Of a stretch of 64,000 nt of DNA, positions 30,333-39,801 are shown in pieces. Positions within the stretch are counted from its first letter, which is position 1. Each line of letters begins with the position of its first letter. Below the pieces are notes generated by a model, which saw nothing but the letters and a program-made list of their open reading frames with translations, did not search any database and was not told the DNA's origin. The position numbers were made by a program, and so were the translations under genes. This DNA comes from an uncultured Treponema sp. (lineage in GTDB: Bacteria > Spirochaetota > Spirochaetia > Treponematales > Treponemataceae), in contig CAMNIU010000195.1 of the NCBI GenBank assembly GCA_946540605.1, positions 43 through 64,042 on the forward strand, in the 5' to 3' direction.

Positions 30333-31112
30333 TTAATCTTCCTTTTTAATATAAAATTTTTCATTTCCGGATGAAATCAAATATTTTTCATTATCTTCTG
30401 ATAAAATATCTTTTGGAGCAATTTTTAATATTCGATTGGTATTTGGATTTTTTAAATACATATATTCTACACCATCATTACCTTTTACACGGCCAATAAA
30501 TGTATAATCATTTTTTAAATTAATTTTTTCTTCTGATTTGACAGGAGTTTCTATGACCGTATTTTGATTACTGGTATTCTTGTAAACAGGTCTGAAAAGC
30601 CTTTCGATTGGATATGATGGTTCAGAAGATTCTCTGTTCTCTATTTTAGAAGGTATTACAGAATATCTGATTGAAGCATTAACCTTATCTGCATCTGTTT
30701 TTATATTTAATACAGAAACAGTGTATGGATATACATCTGCCTTAAACTGCTTGAAATAGTTTGTTAGTCTTGTATTACTACAGCTCAGAGAAACTTCAAT
30801 AAAGTCACCTTTACTGTCTTTTGAAATCTGATACCTTAAAGGAACAATGCCTACTCTTTTCAGATCTTGAATTATTAAATCTGTAATTTCAGAAGTCTGG
30901 AGTTGATTTACAGAAACAGTTATAGAACCCTTTGTATCATTCTTTGCAGATTGAGGTTTGTTTTGTAACTTTTGGATCATCTCAGTATATTTTTCTATAG
31001 TCTGATTTGATTCTTTTATATCTGATACTGAAGTCTGAAAAGTCAAGAAAAATACAACTGCAAGTGAGAAGAAAATTAAAAATATTAAAAGCTTTGATTC
31101 TCTGTTAGTCAT
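30333..31112 (-). CDS. GspM/PilO-like inner-membrane protein
   Basis: MTNRESKLL then a single TM and coiled coil, the usual GspM start; position in the gsp operon. Confidence 0.55.
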   Translation of the reverse strand: MTNRESKLLIFLIFFSLAVVFFLTFQTSVSDIKESNQTIEKYTEMIQKLQNKPQSAKNDTKGSITVSVNQLQTSEITDLIIQDLKRVGIVPLRYQISKDSKGDFIEVSLSCSNTRLTNYFKQFKADVYPYTVSVLNIKTDADKVNASIRYSVIPSKIENRESSEPSYPIERLFRPVYKNTSNQNTVIETPVKSEEKINLKNDYTFIGRVKGNDGVEYMYLKNPNTNRILKIAPKDILSEDNEKYLISSGNEKFYIKKED

Positions 31113-32133
31113 TTTTTATCTTCCCCGAAATCACAAATCTTTCCAAGCCATTTTCCTGAGGCAAGGATTGATGTAATACAACATCAGCTAGTAATGAAGA
31201 TTCAGATAACTTATCCAGAACCTTTATTGCAGTTGCGTTCTCAGCTTCAAACTTCAAAGTATTATCATTTAATGATAATGAGATAATTCTGATTGATGAT
31301 GAAGTTTTATAAATCTCGCTTAAAATATCTGAAATTGAATATACTTCTCTCACTGAAACTTTTAGGTTTTCATTTTGCGGATTTGTAATTAAACTATTCT
31401 GTTTTAATTCGTTATAAGTTTTTTTAATTTCACTTGCCTGTTTTTTTAGATTCTGACTTTTTTTATAATACGATACATCAAGAAAGCTTAAAAGCAAAAG
31501 AAGTGGAATCATAAGAAAAAGATATGCTTTATTGCTTTTTACTTTTCTTTCAATATAAAGACAGGCAGAATCTATTTTATATGATTTCTTATAATTTTCT
31601 ATATATTTAACATTAAAACCTTTCTCCGAAAAATTACAAGGTAAATCTGCAGCAGCAACATCAAACAAAAAAACAGATTTATTTGTGTCATTAAAATTAT
31701 ATTCAGCAGAAAGCCGAGCTTCATCTTCCAGACATTTATCAACCATTGTATATGGATAAGCCTGTAAGAAAACTGGAAAACCATCTTTTATTATTTCAAG
31801 TTCTAACCAGTCTTTACCAGCAGAAATCGCAATTCCATTTTTGATTATCTGGCAAACAATAAGAGATGGAGAAAGAATTAAATTGTATTCTTCTTTTAGA
31901 TTTTCAATACGTTTTGAATTAGCTGCAATTCCAATAATACTTTTTTTTCTGGAAATATAATCTATGACTGTTGAATTTTCATTTCCGGGATACAGAGGGC
32001 GTAAGGCAAATTTTACAGCATTATATTGATATTTTGGTTTAGTAACATGAATGTCCAGCACATAATGACGGATTTCGAGAGGAGAAGCAAAATAGTTTTT
32101 TTGTTGTTTTACTTTAGTATTTTTTATATCCAT
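31105..32133 (-). CDS. GspL/PilN-like protein
   Basis: Cytoplasmic N-domain, central TM, coiled coil, C-terminal IRIISLSLNDNTLKFEA...ERFVISG. Confidence 0.55.
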   Translation of the reverse strand: MDIKNTKVKQQKNYFASPLEIRHYVLDIHVTKPKYQYNAVKFALRPLYPGNENSTVIDYISRKKSIIGIAANSKRIENLKEEYNLILSPSLIVCQIIKNGIAISAGKDWLELEIIKDGFPVFLQAYPYTMVDKCLEDEARLSAEYNFNDTNKSVFLFDVAAADLPCNFSEKGFNVKYIENYKKSYKIDSACLYIERKVKSNKAYLFLMIPLLLLLSFLDVSYYKKSQNLKKQASEIKKTYNELKQNSLITNPQNENLKVSVREVYSISDILSEIYKTSSSIRIISLSLNDNTLKFEAENATAIKVLDKLSESSLLADVVLHQSLPQENGLERFVISGKIKND

Positions 32134-33125
32134 CTTTTTTCAATCAAGTAAAACTTTGGTTCACCTAAAGTTCCTTCTTCAGGATCCCTCGCTAAAATTA
32201 CATTACAGGAAGTATTTTTTCCAGAAATCGTAATTTGCCAGAACCATGTTTTACTACCTATATAATAGTATAAATCGTAATTTTTTTGAATCCCTAAAAT
32301 CGAAATCAGCTCTTCCTGAGTAATTTCTTTTGATTCTCTAAGTGAAATAATTGTATTCGCCTTTTGAAGGGCATTACTTAATTTGAACTGCGGATAGGTC
32401 AAAAAACTTTTTAATAATTCTTCATTCATAAAATTTACATTCAAAGTTGGATTAATATTGATATAGGGATTTATATCATCAAAATGAATCCCGCAAAGCA
32501 TATTAAATTCCGTTTGACTTTGAATATATTGTTTATTATTTCTTAAAGATTTCCTTTTATTAACCAGTTCATCTCCAAAATATGAATTAGTCAGATTATT
32601 TCCAATAAATGACAGGGGAACTTCATCTGCTACATTAAAGTTTGAATAGCCATAAAGAGTAAAGTTTTCATTAAATTTATCTTCTGAAATTAAATCAGAA
32701 ATTTCTTCATAGGAATTAATCATCCCATTTTCTTCAATCATTGACTTTATTTTATCAACCGATTCAGGAACATCAAAAGCTGAAATCAGAATAGTATTTA
32801 CCAGAATTTCTTTTGGAATATAATTGAGATTAATTACTCCTGAAAGGGATTTTATTGAAATATCAAAACCGTCAATATTCGAATCATTAAACTTCCACAC
32901 CGGATCCATTTTTGAATCTACATTAGGAGTATGGTCTTTTTTGATTTCTTCAAAAATTGAGTTTAGTACAGTGTCAATTTTTTCTTTATCTGATTTATCC
33001 TGAGTTCGCTTAGAAATTGTTATATCTGAGACACGTAAAAATATTCCTAAAGCAATAAGAATTAGAGAGAGAAAAAACAAAGTGACAATGAATTCCAGAG
33101 AACTAAAAGCTTTATTTGATTTCAT
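32124..33125 (-). CDS. gspK: GspK-like minor pseudopilin
   Basis: NKA|FSSLEFIVTL prepilin-like start; SGVINLN, NFNVA and LNVN motifs typical of GspK. Confidence 0.6.
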   Translation of the reverse strand: MKSNKAFSSLEFIVTLFFLSLILIALGIFLRVSDITISKRTQDKSDKEKIDTVLNSIFEEIKKDHTPNVDSKMDPVWKFNDSNIDGFDISIKSLSGVINLNYIPKEILVNTILISAFDVPESVDKIKSMIEENGMINSYEEISDLISEDKFNENFTLYGYSNFNVADEVPLSFIGNNLTNSYFGDELVNKRKSLRNNKQYIQSQTEFNMLCGIHFDDINPYININPTLNVNFMNEELLKSFLTYPQFKLSNALQKANTIISLRESKEITQEELISILGIQKNYDLYYYIGSKTWFWQITISGKNTSCNVILARDPEEGTLGEPKFYLIEKRWI

Positions 33126-33604
33126 ATCTGGACACTCCCAAATAAACGGGATGAAAATAATGCCTTAAGTTCATATTCAGAATTTTTGTATTGATATTTT
33201 ATAATTAAGCCTTTGATTGAATCCTTTTCTGAATTAATTGGCTCTACAGATTGTATTTCAAAAACATCTGGGAGGCTGATGGTTTCAGAAGTTTTAACTC
33301 CATTTATCCATGAGATTGTCAGGCTGTTTGGAGAAAAGGAATATTCAAAGTCCTTTTGCCAGAAAGGGATTGATACCGCTTCTATTTTTTTTCGAAGCAT
33401 TGAATCAGTATTTAACCATTCAATAGATTCTTTTACAGATTTACGGGATGAATTAATTCCTTTAATGCAGATTGCGTAAGAAAAATATAAAAGACCTGCA
33501 AGAAGCGCAATAATGAGAAGAGAGACAATCACCTCTATATAGGTAAATGCCTCTTTAGATTTTTGATTTTTTTTATAATTATAAAGATTTTTCAGTATAT
33601 TCAT
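33122..33604 (-). CDS. GspJ-like minor pseudopilin
   Basis: KSKEA|FTYIEVIVSLLIIALL class III signal with E5; start at ATG 33604 preferred. Confidence 0.65.
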   Translation of the reverse strand: MNILKNLYNYKKNQKSKEAFTYIEVIVSLLIIALLAGLLYFSYAICIKGINSSRKSVKESIEWLNTDSMLRKKIEAVSIPFWQKDFEYSFSPNSLTISWINGVKTSETISLPDVFEIQSVEPINSEKDSIKGLIIKYQYKNSEYELKALFSSRLFGSVQI

Positions 33605-33773
33605 TTTGATATTGAATATAAGAATCCACACGATTTACCAGTTTCTGGGTATATTTAGTAGTAGTTCTAACAAAGCCAATGACGGCCAATAGTAAAACTC
33701 CTGCCACAAATAAAGAGACAGAAGCTTCTACTATTGAAAAACCTTCGTTATTCCCAGGATTTGATATCCGCAT
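33579..33773 (-). CDS. GspI/H-like small minor pseudopilin
   Basis: MRISNPGNNEG|FSIVEASVSLFVAGVLL; SD GGAG/AAGG upstream of ATG 33773. Confidence 0.6.
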   Translation of the reverse strand: MRISNPGNNEGFSIVEASVSLFVAGVLLLAVIGFVRTTTKYTQKLVNRVDSYIQYQNEYTEKSL

Positions 33774-34182
33774 CCTTACCTTCTCCACCTTCCATTCCAT
33801 CTTTACCCAAAGACGAAATTCCATAAGGCAGTCCATTTTCACCAGGAATTATATACTGATAGTCATTACCCCATGGATCTTTTGGAACAGCCTTTGTAAT
33901 ATAAGGACCATCCCAGTTATTATTCGAAAGTGATACAGGTTTTGTAAAAAGAGCATCGAGCCCCTGCTCTGAAGTTGGGTAAGCCCCTACATCCATATAA
34001 TAAGAATCCAGGGCCAGTGAAAAAGTTTCAATCTGACTTTTTGCAGTAACGACACGAGCCTTCTCAATCTGCTTAATTGCACTAAAACCAACAGCAGCAG
34101 TAAGAATGAGAACAATTGCCATTACAATAAGGGTCTCAACAAAAGACCAGCCTTCGGAATATTTTTTTAATTTCTTTTTCAT
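33748..34182 (-). CDS. gspG: Major pseudopilin GspG
   Basis: MKKKLKKYSEG|WSFVETLIVMAI; ALDSYYMDVGAYPTSEQGLDAL, WDGPY, VPKDPWGNDYQY, SLGKDGMEGGEGKDADI. Confidence 0.93.
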   Translation of the reverse strand: MKKKLKKYSEGWSFVETLIVMAIVLILTAAVGFSAIKQIEKARVVTAKSQIETFSLALDSYYMDVGAYPTSEQGLDALFTKPVSLSNNNWDGPYITKAVPKDPWGNDYQYIIPGENGLPYGISSLGKDGMEGGEGKDADIKSWE

Positions 34183-34188
34183 AATCAC

Positions 34189-34197
34189 ATTATAGCA
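34189..34197 (-). promoter_or_regulatory. Extended -10 promoter of gspG (leaderless)
   Basis: Minus strand reads TGCTATAAT-gtgatt-ATG. Confidence 0.55.
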
Positions 34198-34234
34198 GAA
34201 GATTTTGAAAATTACAGTACCTACATTATTAATG

Positions 34235-35416
34235 TTATTCAGTCTTCGGGGTTGAATTTGTTGTTTCTTCTTCTGAAAAATTGAATTCCTCTTCTTCATC
34301 ATCTTTTTCAGTTTTATTAAATTGTTTAATATATTCTGTATATTGTTCATTTCTATATCGAACTAAGAATAAACCGTGTTGATCTAAATCATTTATTGCT
34401 TCATATATAACTTCTCTAACATCAGGTCGTAATTTAATATAAGATTGCCAATCATCAGCTAATCGATTAATAAATGTTTTTGGAAATTTAAACTCATAAA
34501 AAGTGCCATCTTCTTTTATCAATGCAGTCCGTCCTAATGGCCCTCTAGAGACAGGCATATTTTCAATTTGAACAATACCAACATTTTTTATGAAATCATC
34601 AAAACTTAATTCAGTATTATAAATAAATTTTACATCTTGATTATTTAATTTAGAAATAAAGTCAACCAATCTTCGATATTTTATAGTTCCTCTAGCGACA
34701 TCCCTATTATCTTTATTTCCAATAGAAGAAAGAACAGCAGTTTTGATTTCTTCAATTTGCTCTGATATTGCAAACATTTGACTATGTTCTGTAGTAGAAT
34801 TTCTCTGATCTTTTAATAAACGCTGAAACAAAGAAGCCCATTGTTTTCTTAAATGATTTTCAATATCTTCGATTTTTGAAAATTGAATTAAATTATTCCC
34901 AACATTCCTATGTTTTAAGAAATCGATAAATTCAAAAATATATTCTGCTGTTTCTTGTTTTTCAATTGATGGATATTGAATTTGATTAGATAATGGCTTA
35001 TTTTTTTTATAGACAAAATGATCGTGCATAACATTTTCATCTACAAAAGCAAATACCGGTATTGAATACTCTATAGCTTTTAGGACTTCTAGTTGAGTGA
35101 CCGATAATTTTTCAGGCTTTTCAAGAACCGAAGTATCAAATCGCTCTTTTATAAGATTATCAATATCAATAGTAGATAAAGCTTCAGGAACTGCTTGTCC
35201 ACCAAATCTACTACCAACAAGTAAAATGATCATGTCCACATTTGGTATTTCATTTATACAACTTGTATGAGTATGAATACGAGGATCATATAAAATATCT
35301 GAGTATTCACTCATTACAGGTTCATATCCAAAACTTAAAATAAAATTTCTTAATTGCTCCCTAACCATACTAAGATCATAACAAGTTGATGAAATAAAAA
35401 TTCTTGGATTAGCCAT
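34235..35416 (-). CDS. DUF4062-domain cytoplasmic protein
   Basis: RIFISSTCYDL..RE, GYEPVMSE, SCINEIPNVDMIILLVGSRFG, SVTQLE..KA match DUF4062; no signal peptide. Confidence 0.8.
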   Translation of the reverse strand: MANPRIFISSTCYDLSMVREQLRNFILSFGYEPVMSEYSDILYDPRIHTHTSCINEIPNVDMIILLVGSRFGGQAVPEALSTIDIDNLIKERFDTSVLEKPEKLSVTQLEVLKAIEYSIPVFAFVDENVMHDHFVYKKNKPLSNQIQYPSIEKQETAEYIFEFIDFLKHRNVGNNLIQFSKIEDIENHLRKQWASLFQRLLKDQRNSTTEHSQMFAISEQIEEIKTAVLSSIGNKDNRDVARGTIKYRRLVDFISKLNNQDVKFIYNTELSFDDFIKNVGIVQIENMPVSRGPLGRTALIKEDGTFYEFKFPKTFINRLADDWQSYIKLRPDVREVIYEAINDLDQHGLFLVRYRNEQYTEYIKQFNKTEKDDEEEEFNFSEEETTNSTPKTE

Positions 35417-35464
35417 ACTTTTTTCCTTTTTTATGTAAAATAGTGTGTTTATATAAATTAATAT

Positions 35465-36613
35465 TTATTTTTCTAATTTCTGAATCATTTCAACTAGTTT
35501 CTGCCTATGTTCAGGAAGTGTTACATCTGCAGAAGTTTTTCCTTCATCTGTATACCAGACTTGCTTATCGAAATGTTTTGATAAATCTGCACTTTTAAAA
35601 TGTACTCCATATAGGGCAAATATTGTATTTCTTAGAAGCCGCAAATCTGCTTTGCCCATTTTGGGAAGCACTTCGTTTACATATTTTCCGTATTCGTCAT
35701 CAGTATAGCCATTAATTGCCATGGCGTAAAAATCTGGGTTCCCCCATGTTCGACGGATTCTAAATAATTCAGTATATTTTTCTCCCGAGATATAGTAGTA
35801 GATATTTCCTCCAAAACCTACATACCAGCAAGAATTATATTTCTCTTCAAGATTCTTTTTAATTTCAGAATATGCATTTAAATCCTTTAAATAAAAAACA
35901 CACTCATCATTAAAATAACATCCCAAAACAGAAGTCAGACTTCCATAATCTTCAAAAAAATATCTATTTCCTTGAATATCATATTGTTGAACAACATTGT
36001 GCTTTTGATAATACGTTTTTCCCCATATAAGAATACGACTTCTAATAAAATCATTATATAATTCCAATTCTTTTGAATAAGAAAGACTTTGATCGTATTT
36101 TTCAGAATCATATACTTTTAAATATTCCATCGCTTCTATATTGTTATAAATTTTACCAGTGGTATCTATAGCACCGGGGCATCCTTCTTTATCAATAAAA
36201 AAAACAATATATTCATTATCTTTTTTCAGAATAAAACAAATTCCAGATTGGACATCCTCAATATAGTGATAATCATTTTCATCTAATATATAAGTCATTC
36301 CTGTTGAACTTACGCCCCAATAATAATCACCAACTTTAAAAATAGATGGATAATATGGAATTTTTCCTTTTGTACGTGTAATATCATCTTCTTTACCAAA
36401 CAAATCTATTGTATAAAATTCCTCTTGTAATGGATCAAAGCATGTTGCTTTATAATTTATTTCATCGACATATAAACCCGTAGGAAAAGTTCCCAATCCC
36501 GCAGGGTAGCGTATATATTGAATACCATGAGTTTTTTTGGTTAATTCAATATTTTGAGCAAACAAATTTGTAAATAATAAAATTATCAAAAATATTATTA
36601 TGTTTTTTTTCAT
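35465..36613 (-). CDS. Secreted YARHG-domain protein (candidate immunity protein)
   Basis: Signal peptide ending NLFA|Q; C-terminal DLRLLRNTIFALYGVHFKSADLSKHFDKQVWY is the YARHG motif. Confidence 0.85.
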   Translation of the reverse strand: MKKNIIIFLIILLFTNLFAQNIELTKKTHGIQYIRYPAGLGTFPTGLYVDEINYKATCFDPLQEEFYTIDLFGKEDDITRTKGKIPYYPSIFKVGDYYWGVSSTGMTYILDENDYHYIEDVQSGICFILKKDNEYIVFFIDKEGCPGAIDTTGKIYNNIEAMEYLKVYDSEKYDQSLSYSKELELYNDFIRSRILIWGKTYYQKHNVVQQYDIQGNRYFFEDYGSLTSVLGCYFNDECVFYLKDLNAYSEIKKNLEEKYNSCWYVGFGGNIYYYISGEKYTELFRIRRTWGNPDFYAMAINGYTDDEYGKYVNEVLPKMGKADLRLLRNTIFALYGVHFKSADLSKHFDKQVWYTDEGKTSADVTLPEHRQKLVEMIQKLEK

Positions 36614-36615
36614 TT

Positions 36616-39600
36616 TTATTTCCTTATTAATCTTCTTAGCTGATATTCTTTATTTGTATCACCAGCTTCTATTTGATACCAATTTCCTTTATGTACCTGA
36701 TATGTTTTCCACTGGCCTTCAATACCACTTGTAGAATGAATTACATCAACCTGTTTATAATCTGTTATTACACTATTATTTAAATAATAATTTAAATTTT
36801 GCAATATTACAACATGACTTCCACTAACAACAAAAATATCACCAGGAACAGCATGACTTAATATTTTTCTATGCGTATCTCTTTGTGAAATAATCTCATT
36901 TGGAGTATTATTAGTGACTTCAGGATTGATATTCCACTTATTATTAGAACTGGCAGCAAATAAGGAAATAGTATAATTATTTTTTACAAAATCTGTTGTT
37001 CCTTTTTTAGCTCCAGAAATTTCATATACATAATCATTATTTAACTTATAATTCGTTGTTATTGTAGCCAATCCCGAACAATCTAATCCACTTGTAAATG
37101 AATAAGAATTAGAATAATGAGTAGTACCTGCACTATCCGTATGATTATAATAATTTGTTGAACCAAAACGAACTTGTGTTGATAGACCTGGCACACTTGG
37201 AGGATTAGATGATGCTGTATAAGTATGCTGCGTAATTGTTTGTTTCTCACTAACTGAAAGATTAGAACCATAATTTGCTACTCCATTTTGCTTTTTTCTT
37301 TCAGCAAATATATAGTTATTCCAGTCTCCATTAGGTGCTGTTGTTTGATTGTCGGCCCATGTTAATTCAGAATAAGTCTGATTATTCTCTCTAAAAGATC
37401 TAATTGAACGACTTTGCTTCAACAACTCTGTATTAAAATTTTCTACAGAATCCATTGCTCCCCAACCATATGCTACACTATTTTGAACGTCAGCCCCACC
37501 ATTCCATTTACTCCAATTTTCAATAGGTATTTGACGTCCATTAGCAAATTGAATTTCTTCATCGCCATTTTCATTTAACATTGTATATGCATTCCATTCA
37601 TTATATCCCCAATTAGGATTCCACCAATCAGGAGTATTTGTAGTAGTATCATTATTATTTACAGGAACATTCCATGGATGTGCATTATTCCAGTCTTCTC
37701 CTCCAAGAGCAGCCTCGGGCTTATTTATATAAAGATTTGCTCTCCATAGCATTTTTTTATCATAAACAGCTATATAATCAGTTGGTGATACCGTTACCTC
37801 TTTTTCAATACTACCATTTGAAATTTTGAATTCAAGAAGTAAATCATCGCCAGGTCGTGCTTTTTCTGCACTTTCTGGTCTTATGAGTATTTCTGCTACT
37901 TCATTTGTATCTGCATACTTTAAGATATTATCGCTTCCTTCAATAACAAACGAAGTTTTTTCAGTATCTTCATTTGAAACTCCCCAGTTAATAGCATATC
38001 TTTCATTTTGATCTTTTATAAGCTTTGCATCAAAATCACCTACCTTTATATCGAATTTACAATCACTGTTATTGTAAATATTTCCTTCTGTATTACCTTC
38101 TTTCCAATCTCTGTCAACAGCACCATTAAGTGTTACTTTCCAGTCCTCACCCTTTAGGCGTATTCCTATTTTGTTATAAGCACTAATACTTATTCTTTCT
38201 AAACTCAGATATTCTCCAGTATTTGGAATCCAGCGATATCGATCTGCACTATTCTGAGTATTCTCTCTCATACATCCAATTTCAACATTTATTTCTGGAT
38301 CTTTATCATCAAGAACATTCCAGAAAATTTCATTATCAGTGACATCTTCAGCTTTTGAAACTCTTCTAATTTCTGTATATAATGGAACCTCAAAACCTTC
38401 TCCTATATTCCATATTTCTGAAAGCTTTTTCTTTTCAGCGCCTCTGTCTTCATTCATCCAGATTACTGATAAATTACCAAGACTCTCCTTTTGATAGGTT
38501 CCAAATTCTTCATTAACATTTGGTGTTTCAACAATTATTCCACATTTTTTACCTTGAATATTTGAAAACCCTTGTTGAATTGGGGCATATTCAAAGAATA
38601 CTAAATCACCAACTCGGGCATCATTTACATCACTTATAAGAAGAGAATATTTACTCAAATCATCATATGAATCATACAAATCATTTCTTCCAATTGCTTT
38701 CTTCATTATTTCAGCTACAAATGATGTATTATCACATCCAAAATTTATTAAATCTTTTTGTTTTTTTATATTTTTAAAATCTTCTGGAGTATTTTTTTTA
38801 CCTGCTTTATAAGGCATCGGGACAACAATATTCTTTGTAGTAAATACACTTTTTAATGTAATTACAGTATTTACATATTTATCTGCTTCATCGGCAATCT
38901 TTTTTCCCTCTTCTTTTTCTATAGTTTTATAATGTATTCCACTCTCAGGTGAAAAAACATTTCTTGATTCATTTTGTGCTAACTGTAAATATTTTCTAAA
39001 TAAAATATTATTTGTTGTATAAAGATTAAGACATTTTTCTGAATCTTTATTTTTAAGACTTTCATATATAAGTTGTGCAACTCTTTTATATTCTTCATTT
39101 TTTTTGTTTGTTATTTTATTTTCAGGAGACTTTTTGAGCCATGTAAAAAAATCATTGTATGGATTATCATTTGTTCCAAGTGCCGCTGATGAAATTTCAG
39201 CAATTGATTTAGTATCTCTAAAACAAATGATTTGTACCATATCACTATCTTCTGGATATAAAGCAAATCCAAAAACACCTTTCAGTTCATCATAAATATA
39301 TAACTCATTAAAACCATTATTTCTTGTTCTTACTGGATTGTATTCTGATTTTTTTATATTTATTAAACTTTTTTCAACGTTTGCATATCCGGCATTTTTA
39401 ATATAAATATCTTTTTCTTCAGATGTTACAGTTGAGTTTTTATTATTTACAAATGAATATAATTTATTAATGGCATCAATTTCGTCAGGATTAGCTGCAA
39501 ACCAAGAATTTTTATTGTTCTTTTTATCATAAATGTAATAACTTCCATTATCTCCAATAAAGAATGCAGTGTATCCAGTGGAATTTGAATTTGGAATAAG

Positions 39601-39783
39601 TCCATCTATAATCTTATGTTTTCCATTCTCTGTAGTTATTCTTAAACTTTGAAAGTTTTTCTTAGAATCATCCATTGTTATATAGAACCAGTCTCCTGCA
39701 CTCTCACTCCCCTGTGCCCATAGGTGTGAGCACAGGAGAGCAGAAACTGTCATGAATAATACTTTGATAAAATTCTTTTTCAT
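36616..39783 (-). CDS. Large secreted protein with degenerate plus intact NlpC/P60-like domains (candidate peptidoglycan peptidase effector)
   Basis: SD AGGAG, ATG 39783, signal peptide ending LWA|Q; C-terminal AYGWG...GLDCSGL...PGDIFV.SGSHVVI...VIHS; upstream PMPY.AG...GCDNTSFV...VGDLVFF copy. Confidence 0.7.
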   Translation of the reverse strand: MKKNFIKVLFMTVSALLCSHLWAQGSESAGDWFYITMDDSKKNFQSLRITTENGKHKIIDGLIPNSNSTGYTAFFIGDNGSYYIYDKKNNKNSWFAANPDEIDAINKLYSFVNNKNSTVTSEEKDIYIKNAGYANVEKSLINIKKSEYNPVRTRNNGFNELYIYDELKGVFGFALYPEDSDMVQIICFRDTKSIAEISSAALGTNDNPYNDFFTWLKKSPENKITNKKNEEYKRVAQLIYESLKNKDSEKCLNLYTTNNILFRKYLQLAQNESRNVFSPESGIHYKTIEKEEGKKIADEADKYVNTVITLKSVFTTKNIVVPMPYKAGKKNTPEDFKNIKKQKDLINFGCDNTSFVAEIMKKAIGRNDLYDSYDDLSKYSLLISDVNDARVGDLVFFEYAPIQQGFSNIQGKKCGIIVETPNVNEEFGTYQKESLGNLSVIWMNEDRGAEKKKLSEIWNIGEGFEVPLYTEIRRVSKAEDVTDNEIFWNVLDDKDPEINVEIGCMRENTQNSADRYRWIPNTGEYLSLERISISAYNKIGIRLKGEDWKVTLNGAVDRDWKEGNTEGNIYNNSDCKFDIKVGDFDAKLIKDQNERYAINWGVSNEDTEKTSFVIEGSDNILKYADTNEVAEILIRPESAEKARPGDDLLLEFKISNGSIEKEVTVSPTDYIAVYDKKMLWRANLYINKPEAALGGEDWNNAHPWNVPVNNNDTTTNTPDWWNPNWGYNEWNAYTMLNENGDEEIQFANGRQIPIENWSKWNGGADVQNSVAYGWGAMDSVENFNTELLKQSRSIRSFRENNQTYSELTWADNQTTAPNGDWNNYIFAERKKQNGVANYGSNLSVSEKQTITQHTYTASSNPPSVPGLSTQVRFGSTNYYNHTDSAGTTHYSNSYSFTSGLDCSGLATITTNYKLNNDYVYEISGAKKGTTDFVKNNYTISLFAASSNNKWNINPEVTNNTPNEIISQRDTHRKILSHAVPGDIFVVSGSHVVILQNLNYYLNNSVITDYKQVDVIHSTSGIEGQWKTYQVHKGNWYQIEAGDTNKEYQLRRLIRK

Positions 39784-39801
39784 TTTCTGCACTCCTATTT
39801 T

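Noticed and set aside
24475-34182. Type IV pilus or competence pilus rather than T2SS
   Set aside because: The major pilin has the T2SS GspG C-terminal signature (DPWG..Y.Y...S.G.DG..GG.G.DADI), a GspK-like gene is present, and no PilT is seen
34183-34350. 200-aa extended GspG from the ORF track
   Set aside because: The extension overlaps the DUF4062 gene and the extended -10 promoter; the prepilin leader starts at ATG 34182
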